A DNA stretch of 24,000 bases from Syntrophomonas sp. UBA5314 (GTDB taxonomy: Bacteria; Bacillota; Syntrophomonadia; Syntrophomonadales; Syntrophomonadaceae): the NCBI GenBank assembly GCA_002410325.1, contig DHRK01000018.1:1-24000 (forward strand), read 5' to 3'. Positions 14,695 through 22,146 of this stretch are shown in pieces. Position 1 is the first letter of the stretch, and every line of letters starts with the position of its first letter. The notes below the pieces were generated by a model that was not told the DNA's origin, ran no database searches, and saw only the letters and a list, made by a program, of their open reading frames with translations. A program made the translations under genes and the position numbers.

Positions 14695-16830
14695 CTAATT
14701 TTGTCCTGCAACTACCGGTCCCTTTCCGTGTTGAAGGGTCCGGCTGGCATTCAATACCGCCAACAGCGTTACTCCCACGTCGGCGAAAACCGCTTCCCAG
14801 ATGCTGGCCACGCCGAAGGTTCCAAGTAAGATGAAGAAAGCCTTGACTGCTAAAGCCACATAAATATTCTGCCGGACAATACTACCGGTTCTTCTGGAAA
14901 TTTCGACCGCTCTGGCCAACTTGGAGGGGGCGTCCTCCATCAGGACTACATCGGCCGCTTCAATCACCGCGTCACTGCCTAATCCTCCCATGGCCACGCC
15001 AATATCTGCTCTGGTGATAACCGGCGCGTCATTGATGCCATCACCGACAAACACCAATTTTTGTTTACTTCTATCCTTAATTTCCTTTTCCAGTTCTTCA
15101 AGCATTTGAACCTTATCTTCCGGTAGTAGTTCCGCGAAATATGCATCAATTCCCAGTTCGCGGCTGACCTTTTCCGCCACGCTTTGATCATCGCCGGTCA
15201 GCATAACGGTTTTCCTGATCCCTAACTGCTTTAACCGGCTTATGGCCTCTTTAGCATCGGGTTTAAGTTCATCAGATATGATCAGATACCCGGCATAAAC
15301 TCCGTCAATTGCCACATAAACAATGGTTCCGGCGACATCGCAATCGTCATGGACGATATTTTCCTTATGCATCAGACGGTCGTTTCCAGCCAGAACTTGA
15401 CGGCCATTTACAGCGGCCTTGATCCCATGCGCGGGAATCTCGCGGTAGTCCTGAACCTGATCGGCAGTGATTTCATTCCCGGTCTTTTCCTTATAAGCAG
15501 CCCCGATAGATTGAGCAATGGGGTGGTTGCTGTATATTTCCGCTCCGGCCGCTGCTGCCAAGAGTTCCTCGGGGGCAATGCTGTTTTTGCTTACGATCTC
15601 CGTTACCCGAAAAACCCCTTTAGTCAAGGTACCAGTTTTGTCAAAGACGACCGTGTCGAGTCCCCCCAGGGCATCTATATAATTAGCTCCTTTAACCAGG
15701 ATTCCGTTTTTCGATGCCGCTCCAATTCCGCCGAAATAACCCAAAGGTATGGAAACTACCAGGGCACAGGGGCAGGAAATAACCAGTAATACCAAAGCCC
15801 GGTAAATCCATTCACTGAATGTCGCTCCCGGCAGCAACAAAGGCGGAACAATTGCAATTAAGGCGGCAGCCGCTACCACGATGGGGGTATAGTAATTGGC
15901 AAACCTGGTTATAAACTGCTCGGTGGGAGCCTTTCGCTCACTGGCCTTCTCTACCAATTCCAAGATCCTGGCCACGGATGAATCTTTAAACGGCTTGGCA
16001 ACCATAACCGTGAGGAGTCCCTGACCATTGATCATTCCGGACAATATTTTCTCACCCTGCTCTACTTTCCGGGGAACAGATTCACCGGTTAAAGCGGAAG
16101 TATCCACGAATGATACTCCTTCAATAATCTCCCCGTCCAATGGTACTTTTTCACCCGGCTTAATTATTATTATCTGGCCGACCTCGACTTCTTCAGGTCT
16201 TACCTGACGCATTCCACCGTTGTCTTTCAGATTGGCATATTCGGGTTGAATATTCATCAAAGCGGCGATGGAGCGCCGCGAGCGGTCGACGGCCCGGTCC
16301 TGCAGGTATTCTCCAACTGCATAAAAAAGCATTACTCCCACTGCCTCCGGCAATTGGTGGATGGCTATAGCCCCGCCGGTGGCAATAGTCATCAAGAAGT
16401 TTTCATCGAAGAACTGTCCGCTGACCAATTTTTTAAAGGCGGCCGCAATGACTGGCCCGCCGACCAGCAAATAAGCCGGCATTAAAACAGCATACTCCGC
16501 CCAAGAAAACGGCGTATTATGCAAGGATTCATTAAATATTAATCCGACCACAAATAATATCCCTGCTCCGATAATCACCCCAAGATTATTATGTTCTTCC
16601 ATTTCTTCCGGTTGCGATAAAGCCCGTAAACTCTCATACTTCTGCAGTTTCACTTCCGGTTCGACCCGCTTAATGACGGCCCGGGCTTCTTCTGCCAACA
16701 TTTCCGGCATTTCAACGCTCAGGGTATTAAAGTTGACCGTTACATTCTCCAAACCATTCACTTTCCGGAGTTCCCGCTCGATTTTGGCGGCGCAATTCGG
16801 ACAGTCCAGTCCTGCCAATGAATACCGCAT
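14695..16830 (-). CDS. cadA: Heavy-metal translocating P1B-type ATPase (Cd/Zn/Pb, CadA/ZntA-like)
   Basis: N-terminal HMA domain (MRYSLAGLDCPNCAAKIE). Transmembrane CPC motif (VISCPCALVVSIP). Phosphorylation site DKTGTLT. Hinge motif GDGINDAP. C-terminal FADVGVTLLAVLNA. I chose ATG 16830 as the start, after the arsR stop, with an AAGGAA RBS. Confidence 0.9.
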   Translation of the reverse strand: MRYSLAGLDCPNCAAKIERELRKVNGLENVTVNFNTLSVEMPEMLAEEARAVIKRVEPEVKLQKYESLRALSQPEEMEEHNNLGVIIGAGILFVVGLIFNESLHNTPFSWAEYAVLMPAYLLVGGPVIAAAFKKLVSGQFFDENFLMTIATGGAIAIHQLPEAVGVMLFYAVGEYLQDRAVDRSRRSIAALMNIQPEYANLKDNGGMRQVRPEEVEVGQIIIIKPGEKVPLDGEIIEGVSFVDTSALTGESVPRKVEQGEKILSGMINGQGLLTVMVAKPFKDSSVARILELVEKASERKAPTEQFITRFANYYTPIVVAAAALIAIVPPLLLPGATFSEWIYRALVLLVISCPCALVVSIPLGYFGGIGAASKNGILVKGANYIDALGGLDTVVFDKTGTLTKGVFRVTEIVSKNSIAPEELLAAAAGAEIYSNHPIAQSIGAAYKEKTGNEITADQVQDYREIPAHGIKAAVNGRQVLAGNDRLMHKENIVHDDCDVAGTIVYVAIDGVYAGYLIISDELKPDAKEAISRLKQLGIRKTVMLTGDDQSVAEKVSRELGIDAYFAELLPEDKVQMLEELEKEIKDRSKQKLVFVGDGINDAPVITRADIGVAMGGLGSDAVIEAADVVLMEDAPSKLARAVEISRRTGSIVRQNIYVALAVKAFFILLGTFGVASIWEAVFADVGVTLLAVLNASRTLQHGKGPVVAGQN

Positions 16831-16879
16831 ATTTATTCCTTCTTTCACGTCTAAAAATGCAAACCCGTTTAAATATTGA

Positions 16880-17257
16880 TCAGCGTCCCTCGGCAAAGTG
16901 ATCCTGCGCTTCCCGGATCAAATTTATGATGTGATCATCATCCAGGGTATAGTAGACCATTTTACCCTCCCGGGCGTATTTAACCAGCCGGAATGCTTTT
17001 AAAAGCCGCAAATGATGCGATACGGCCGGCAAACTCATATCCAGAATAACGGCGATATCGCACACGCAAAGCCTTTGCTCGGATAAAAGATAGAGTATTT
17101 TGGTTCTGGTCTCATCGCCCAGGACCTTGAAGATCTCGGAAAGTCCGGCCACCTCTAAAACTTTCTCTTTTAGCTTTTCGACATTGCCGTTTGAAGGGCA
17201 AAAGCCGTCGCAAAGGTCTTTATTCGGAGCTGAATCGTGATTCTCAAAATCCTTCAT
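16880..17257 (-). CDS. ArsR/SmtB-family metalloregulator (CadC-like)
   Basis: HTH region LSEIFKVLGDETRTKILYLLSEQRLCVCDIAVILDMSLPAVSHHLRLLK, with the alpha-3 CVC motif plus N-terminal cysteines (LCDGFC). The start is either ATG 17257 (AAAGGAA upstream) or ATG 17275 (no RBS). Confidence 0.85.
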   Translation of the reverse strand: MKDFENHDSAPNKDLCDGFCPSNGNVEKLKEKVLEVAGLSEIFKVLGDETRTKILYLLSEQRLCVCDIAVILDMSLPAVSHHLRLLKAFRLVKYAREGKMVYYTLDDDHIINLIREAQDHFAEGR

Positions 17258-17301
17258 AATAATCGTTCCTTTCATAACAATTAAACGATTGCTTAATTAA
17301 T

Positions 17302-17329
17302 AATATATTTATTGTCTCTCCGGTGTCAA
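17302..17329 (-). promoter_or_regulatory. Putative sigma-70-type promoter of the arsR-cadA operon
   Basis: On the minus strand, TTGACA (17329-17324), a 16-nt spacer and TATATT (17307-17302). An AT-rich imperfect inverted repeat AATTAA-N7-TTAATT lies just downstream and is a possible ArsR operator. Confidence 0.45.
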
Positions 17330-17501
17330 TCTAAAAACAGGGTAAAAGTTGATCTATCCAGACCCAGGAGTCTTCCGGCATCATGCAGCAGCGGCCCGGG
17401 TTGGCTTTCGGGCGGGTTGAGCAGCCCGGCGGGATGGATGGCCGGACTAATGAGTTTGTAGCGGCAAGCCTTTTGGAATTGCTATTCTCGATTATACTCA
17501 C

Positions 17502-17535
17502 AAAAAAGAGAGCGGCAGTCCATAGCTCCGCTCTC
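17502..17535 (-). terminator. Rho-independent terminator after the DUF169 gene
   Basis: Minus strand reads GAGAGCGG-agctatggact-GCCGCTCTC followed by TTTTTT, about 35 nt after the stop at 17569. Confidence 0.65.
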
Positions 17536-17568
17536 CAAAACATTTCTATATATTTCAGGTGAATATGC

Positions 17569-18348
17569 TTACTCTTTAATCCCCACCCAGCGGTCAAGTT
17601 CCTCATAACAGCCCGGGAAAGCAGGTTTGGTGGTAATAGCAAAGAAGGGCGTAGGTATGCGGGCCACACCGCTGTCATGGGTTCCTTTAATCCCCTCAAC
17701 AATGTTTTGGATCCTCTCTTTGGGGATGGCAAAGGCCAGCTCATCATCAGCGGTAAGGGCAAAAACTCTCTCACCTCCCCCGGGAATAACTACATTGCAT
17801 TTCTTCATCTTGTAGGGCACCGTGATGTAAGCTCCACAGGCGCAACGCCCCATAAAACTTGATTGAATGGCTCCCCCCTCATTAAAGAGTTCACCTTGAA
17901 TACAGCGCACGATTTGGGCTGCGTTGCCGTAGATGATGATGATATCCGGCTCAAAGTCGGCTCTCTGCAGAGGGGCGACAATCAAGTGCTTGAAAGCGCC
18001 TACATCCAGGTGGATCTCGGCGGCGGCGGTTACGGCTCCGGCTTCACGGTCTTTGGTGTAGAGAGGATGGACAAATCCGCCCTGCTCGTATAATTCGTTG
18101 GTTTCCTTATGCCCCAGATAGATGTGGGCCAGTCCGCAGGCATGGTCTTTGGCGGAAAAGGCCATGGTCCGCCCTAAACGCCGGGCAGCCGTAATTCCCT
18201 GGCAGACTGCGATACGATAGCCGAAGATGTCACTGGCATATTTGACCTTGGGGGGCAGCTGATCATCATTGGAGATCTTAACTGCTACCGGATAGGTCGC
18301 GGTCCTCAAGTACTCATTGAAAAATGCATATAATTCTTTATTATCCAC
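17569..18348 (-). CDS. DUF169-family protein (COG2043-like), function unknown
   Basis: 259 aa with a GTG start preceded by AAGGAGGA. The N-terminus ...YPVAVKISND..., CQGITAARRLG and later Cys/Gly-rich blocks fit my recollection of DUF169. The assignment is by eye only. Confidence 0.6.
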   Translation of the reverse strand: MDNKELYAFFNEYLRTATYPVAVKISNDDQLPPKVKYASDIFGYRIAVCQGITAARRLGRTMAFSAKDHACGLAHIYLGHKETNELYEQGGFVHPLYTKDREAGAVTAAAEIHLDVGAFKHLIVAPLQRADFEPDIIIIYGNAAQIVRCIQGELFNEGGAIQSSFMGRCACGAYITVPYKMKKCNVVIPGGGERVFALTADDELAFAIPKERIQNIVEGIKGTHDSGVARIPTPFFAITTKPAFPGCYEELDRWVGIKE

Positions 18349-18692
18349 TAATTATTCCTCCTTCGTTGGGGATCATGTCTCTCTTCGCAAAATAAAGTTG
18401 AATGAAACGCTCTTGCCCTTCGCAATAAGATTCTCTAAAGGAATTCAATCGGGGCTTGTACCGGCAGGAATCAAATCCCCCCGGAGTAAAAGGTGTTTTA
18501 TCACCTCCCGCGATCATGGGCAGCTTTCAAAAAAGATCGGAATAGTTCGAGCTCCCGAAATACACCCGCCATCGTTTATATTATACTTTATTATTCCGAT
18601 TATTTATATTGACTCTATGGTTTTAGTAGTATATAAGTAGTAGTATAAGCATGATTTAAGCCCATCCTTCAACCTTAAATACCGATGAAGGC

Positions 18693-18729
18693 AAAAGGGG
18701 CGGCCTTCCGATTGAAGGCCGCCCCTTTC
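18693..18729 (-). terminator. Rho-independent terminator after abfD
   Basis: Minus strand reads AAAGGGGCGGCCTTC-aatc-GGAAGGCCGCCCCTTTT. This is a 15-bp GC-rich stem ending in a U-run, about 25 nt after the stop at 18752. Confidence 0.7.
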
Positions 18730-18751
18730 CTGAAATCTCAGTTAATTACGT

Positions 18752-20200
18752 TCAGTCCTTGATATGGGCCAGATCTTTGGCCAGTTGCTTCTTGGCATCC
18801 CAGTCAGTCAAAAACTGGAGTGCAACCCGTTGGGCCTGCGGCGAGCCGGCTCCGTGCCAGGTCCCGGCTCCATGCAGCCCGGCCACCCAGTTCTGCAGGA
18901 ATTTGATGACTCTTAAGCGCTGCTCGGCCGGGGCCGCTGATTTGAAGTATTTTTTGATATAAGGACCGATTTCGGGATTCTCCAGATCGCGTTCACTGGG
19001 CATTGTAACGACCCCACCCCCGGCGATATCCCCGGCCATTTTCATAATTTCCCAGAATCCATGGGCAATGTTCAGCTTGGCCACATTGCCGAATAAATCA
19101 TCCGGCATCCATACGCCGGAACCGACCGGTTCTTCAACCCCTTTGGCCGCTGCGGCTATGGCGCAGGCGTGAGAGGTCTCGCTGATTCTGACCATGTCGA
19201 TGAGCTTTTCCTGAATATGGGGAACCTTTTGCAAGCCGGTGTACTCGCTGGCCAGTTTGCTGGCTCCGATGATCAGGTCGGCATAACCGACTTTGCAGGC
19301 TCCGCCGCAGTTCATGCGGTGGGTCTTGGCGAACCTGGCCACCAGCCGTCCGCAGTATTTGGTCTCCCCGCACAGGAACACCCGCTCCCAGGGAATAAAG
19401 ACGTCGTCAAAGACGATGGTGGAAGTCTCCCGCTGGCCGAACTCAGGATTGCCTAGTTCTTCGATACTTTCCGCCGCCTCCCGTTCAGCCGTGTAGGGGG
19501 TGTACTGGCAGATGTAAGTGATCCCCGGGGTTCCGTTGGGCAGGGCGAAGGCTACGGCAAACTGTTCTTCACCCGGCTTTAAGGCTCCGCCCGGAAGCAC
19601 TATGGTTTCATGGGCTCCTATGGCCCCGCTCTGGCTCACCTTGGCCCCCCGGACCACGATTCCATCGTCTCTCTTTTCGACCACCCGCAGATGCATGTCG
19701 GGATCGTCCTGTTCCGAGGGACGTTTAAACCGATCCCCTTTGGGATCGGTGATGGCGCCGGAACAGGCCAGGTCGTTGGCCTGGGCCCATTTTATAAAAT
19801 TGTTTAAACGCGTATTGTATTCCGTTCCGTATTCTTTATCCATTTCCCAGGTGGAAGCCGCCAGGGCGTTCAGGGTATCGCAGCCTACGCAGCGATAGTT
19901 GCAGGTGCCCAATTTCTGGCTGGTTAAAAGGGCCATCTCCGCCCTCATGTCGAGATCGTAGTTGCTTCTGGCCACATGCAGGTTTCTATTGATCGGTTCC
20001 CCGGTCAGATGGGAAGCGGGGACCATGATCTCTTTATATTTGGGATCATGGGCCAGGTCATAGACTTTGGCCGTAGCCCTGATGACCGAGAGGGTAGTGG
20101 GGTTTTCCAACATGTTTTCCACCCTCTTGCCGGCAACATATACTTTGGGGTTTAAAGCCTTCACGCTCTCAATGTATTCCGCCGCTGTCTTTACCGCCAT
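18752..20200 (-). CDS. abfD: 4-hydroxybutyryl-CoA dehydratase / vinylacetyl-CoA delta-isomerase (AbfD family, [4Fe-4S]+FAD)
   Basis: Collinear with my recollection of Clostridium aminobutyricum AbfD: AEYIES..., CNYRCVGCD (CxxxC cluster ligands), LRVVEKRDDGIVVRGAKVSQSG, HRMNCGGACKVG (His...Cys ligands), VTMPSE, HGAGSPQAQR. I chose ATG 20200 as the start (MAVKTAAEYIES), which has a GGAGGAG RBS. Confidence 0.9.
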   Translation of the reverse strand: MAVKTAAEYIESVKALNPKVYVAGKRVENMLENPTTLSVIRATAKVYDLAHDPKYKEIMVPASHLTGEPINRNLHVARSNYDLDMRAEMALLTSQKLGTCNYRCVGCDTLNALAASTWEMDKEYGTEYNTRLNNFIKWAQANDLACSGAITDPKGDRFKRPSEQDDPDMHLRVVEKRDDGIVVRGAKVSQSGAIGAHETIVLPGGALKPGEEQFAVAFALPNGTPGITYICQYTPYTAEREAAESIEELGNPEFGQRETSTIVFDDVFIPWERVFLCGETKYCGRLVARFAKTHRMNCGGACKVGYADLIIGASKLASEYTGLQKVPHIQEKLIDMVRISETSHACAIAAAAKGVEEPVGSGVWMPDDLFGNVAKLNIAHGFWEIMKMAGDIAGGGVVTMPSERDLENPEIGPYIKKYFKSAAPAEQRLRVIKFLQNWVAGLHGAGTWHGAGSPQAQRVALQFLTDWDAKKQLAKDLAHIKD

Positions 20201-20258
20201 AGTTTTCTCCTCCTTATACAAGCACGGCCCGTGCTTTTCGCCCAAAACCCTCTTTTTT

Positions 20259-20582
20259 TTACCTGCTTTTAACCTCCACCACTAATCTGGCAGTGGATTC
20301 GCGGGGAGCAGGAAATCCCCCCACATTGCGAATGGCTGTGTCAATATAGAACAACAATTCTTCATCGGTCATTTCCCCGGCCAAAGTCAAAACCAGCTTG
20401 TGCTCTATATGGCTGGCTTCCACGAGCAATGATGGCTGGTAGAAGCCAGGTAGAGCCTTTTTGCGGCAACAAGCATCTTGCAGGGTTGCAAAAGTCCCTA
20501 CCAGTCCCATATATTTTTCTTCCAGCTCAGGGGTGCAAACAGTAATGAATTCCAGTGATACTCCAGAAAACGCGTTGTCCAT
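20259..20582 (-). CDS. Hypothetical protein (107 aa), probably co-transcribed with abfD
   Basis: Strong RBS AAGGAGG lies 8 nt before ATG 20582, on the same strand and 58 nt upstream of abfD. I recognise no domain. It contains a vicinal CC (LQDACCRKK). Confidence 0.55.
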   Translation of the reverse strand: MDNAFSGVSLEFITVCTPELEEKYMGLVGTFATLQDACCRKKALPGFYQPSLLVEASHIEHKLVLTLAGEMTDEELLFYIDTAIRNVGGFPAPRESTARLVVEVKSR

Positions 20583-21100
20583 TCAGTATGCCTCCTTTTG
20601 CAGGCGTTAAACGGTCCAGTCCGGATGAGATTGGCTTTTAACGCCTATACGGCTGCTCCCCTCCTCTCCTGGGGTTAAAATCCCCAATATGCCCCGGTTG
20701 AAATTACCAGGCTTTCAAGCTGCGGTGCCAACCCTCCCTTCTCCTTCCGAAATTTATTGGAATATATCTGAATAAATCCAGACTGCTTTTTGGGGCGGCT
20801 CCAACCTTTCAGGCAATTGATTAAAAGAGTGGCGCAATTACTGGTTTTCGCAGGTTTGGTGAAAGAACTCCCCCACTAAACGAATAGTAAAAACACCCCC
20901 TGGTAAGGCTGAACCTTAAAAATAAAATCATTCTTTGCAAACCAATAATCAAGGGTTCTGTCTCTCTATGGTGCGAGGCGGATGGAGATTGGAGATCTTA
21001 TGATTTGTCCGTATTTCAGGTTTTAGAATTGATAACCAGCGCCAGTGCTTTATTAAGCTGCCGGCCAGCAAGCAGACTCGCTGAACATTCGTTCACTTTT

Positions 21101-21129
21101 AATATAAAAATATAAGACAGGTCTGTCAA
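21101..21129 (-). promoter_or_regulatory. Near-consensus sigma-70-type promoter pointing toward the 107-aa ORF and abfD
   Basis: On the minus strand, TTGACA (21129-21124), a 17-nt spacer and TATATT (21106-21101). The inverted repeat GACAG-ac-CTGTC overlaps the -35 element and spacer. If this promoter is used, the leader is about 0.5 kb long. Confidence 0.45.
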
Positions 21130-21289
21130 GCACTAACACCTCGCTGCTTAACAAGGTGAAAAGTGGTATATTGTTTAAACAATTGATAATGGCTCGCCAT
21201 ACAAGAGATGGTTATTGTCTTTTCAATTTGTTATGATAGTTTTGATTTCAATTCAGAATATTAAAATATTATTTCTATCGGAGATCAAT

Positions 21290-22042
21290 ATGCCAAACGA
21301 ATTTTCGCGAACCGAATTGCTCATTGGAAAAGAGGCCTTGCATAAACTCGCCCTCAGTAAAGTAGCCATCTTCGGAATAGGGGGGGTGGGAAGCTTTGCG
21401 GCGGAGGCTCTGGCCCGCTGCGGGATAGGGCAACTGGTATTGGTTGACCATGATCTGATCTGCGCTACCAATATAAATCGTCAGATTCACGCCACCCATT
21501 CTACGGTAGGACAGCCCAAGGTAGAGGTCATGAAAAATCGCATCCTGGATATCAATCCCCGGGCCAGGGTTGAAACCAGCATGGCATTTTACCCGGCAGA
21601 ATGTGAAGAACAGATGCCAAGCGCTGATCTTGATTATATTATTGACGCCATTGATACCGTCAGTTCCAAAATCGAACTGGTGGTAAATGCTAAACGCCTG
21701 AACATTCCCATTATCAGCAGCATGGGCGCCGGCAACAAACTGGACCCCGGCCGCTTTGAAATCGCCGACATCTACCAGACCTCGGTCTGTCCCCTGGCCA
21801 AAGTAATGCGCCGTGAGTTGAGAAAACGGGATATCCCCGCTTTAAAGGTCGTTTATTCCAAGGAGCCGCCCCAAGCCCCCATTCTGAGCGGGGAATCCGC
21901 TTGCCAGGACGGCTGCATTTGCCCTCCGGGGTCGTCCCGCTCCTGCCTTATCCGGCGCCAGGTTCCGGGCAGCATTTCTTTTGTCCCCTCAGCTGCCGGC
22001 CTGCTTTTGGCCGGCCATGTGGTTAGAGAACTTATTAAATAA
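21290..22042 (+). CDS. tcdA: tRNA threonylcarbamoyladenosine dehydratase (TcdA/CsdL, ThiF/MoeB-fold E1-like)
   Basis: Rossmann motif VAIFGIGGVGSFAAEALARCGIG.LVLVD.D, then NINRQ and SVCPLAK. I chose ATG 21290 as the start (MPNEFSRTELL...), which has a GGAGA RBS. The track ORF starts earlier at an alternative codon. Confidence 0.8.
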   Translation: MPNEFSRTELLIGKEALHKLALSKVAIFGIGGVGSFAAEALARCGIGQLVLVDHDLICATNINRQIHATHSTVGQPKVEVMKNRILDINPRARVETSMAFYPAECEEQMPSADLDYIIDAIDTVSSKIELVVNAKRLNIPIISSMGAGNKLDPGRFEIADIYQTSVCPLAKVMRRELRKRDIPALKVVYSKEPPQAPILSGESACQDGCICPPGSSRSCLIRRQVPGSISFVPSAAGLLLAGHVVRELIK

Positions 22043-22080
22043 ACCATGAACCGGAACCGGTATTGCTCCCTCGAATAAAC

Positions 22081-22120
22081 AAGCCGTATTCTCCTGCTAA
22101 ACAGAATACGGCTTATTTCA
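22081..22120. terminator. Bidirectional terminator between convergent tcdA and the aconitase-family gene
   Basis: A 12-bp perfect stem: AAGCCGTATTCT (22081-22092) pairs with AGAATACGGCTT (22103-22114). T-rich sequence follows on both strands. Confidence 0.6.
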
Positions 22121-22146
22121 GTCTGATTGGTCAGAAAGGACGCCTT

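Noticed and set aside
17331-17774. 147-aa minus-strand ORF
   Set aside because: Its 5' part overlaps the DUF169 coding frame. Its 3' part runs through that gene's terminator and the arsR promoter region. It has no RBS, and its Pro/Leu/Arg-rich composition is typical of an off-frame artefact.
20713-20731. Sigma-54-like element TTGGCACCGCAGCTTGAAA on the minus strand
   Set aside because: The -24 TGGCAC half is good, but the -12 half reads CTTGA with the wrong spacing and no GC dinucleotide. No enhancer-binding-protein gene is present in the window.
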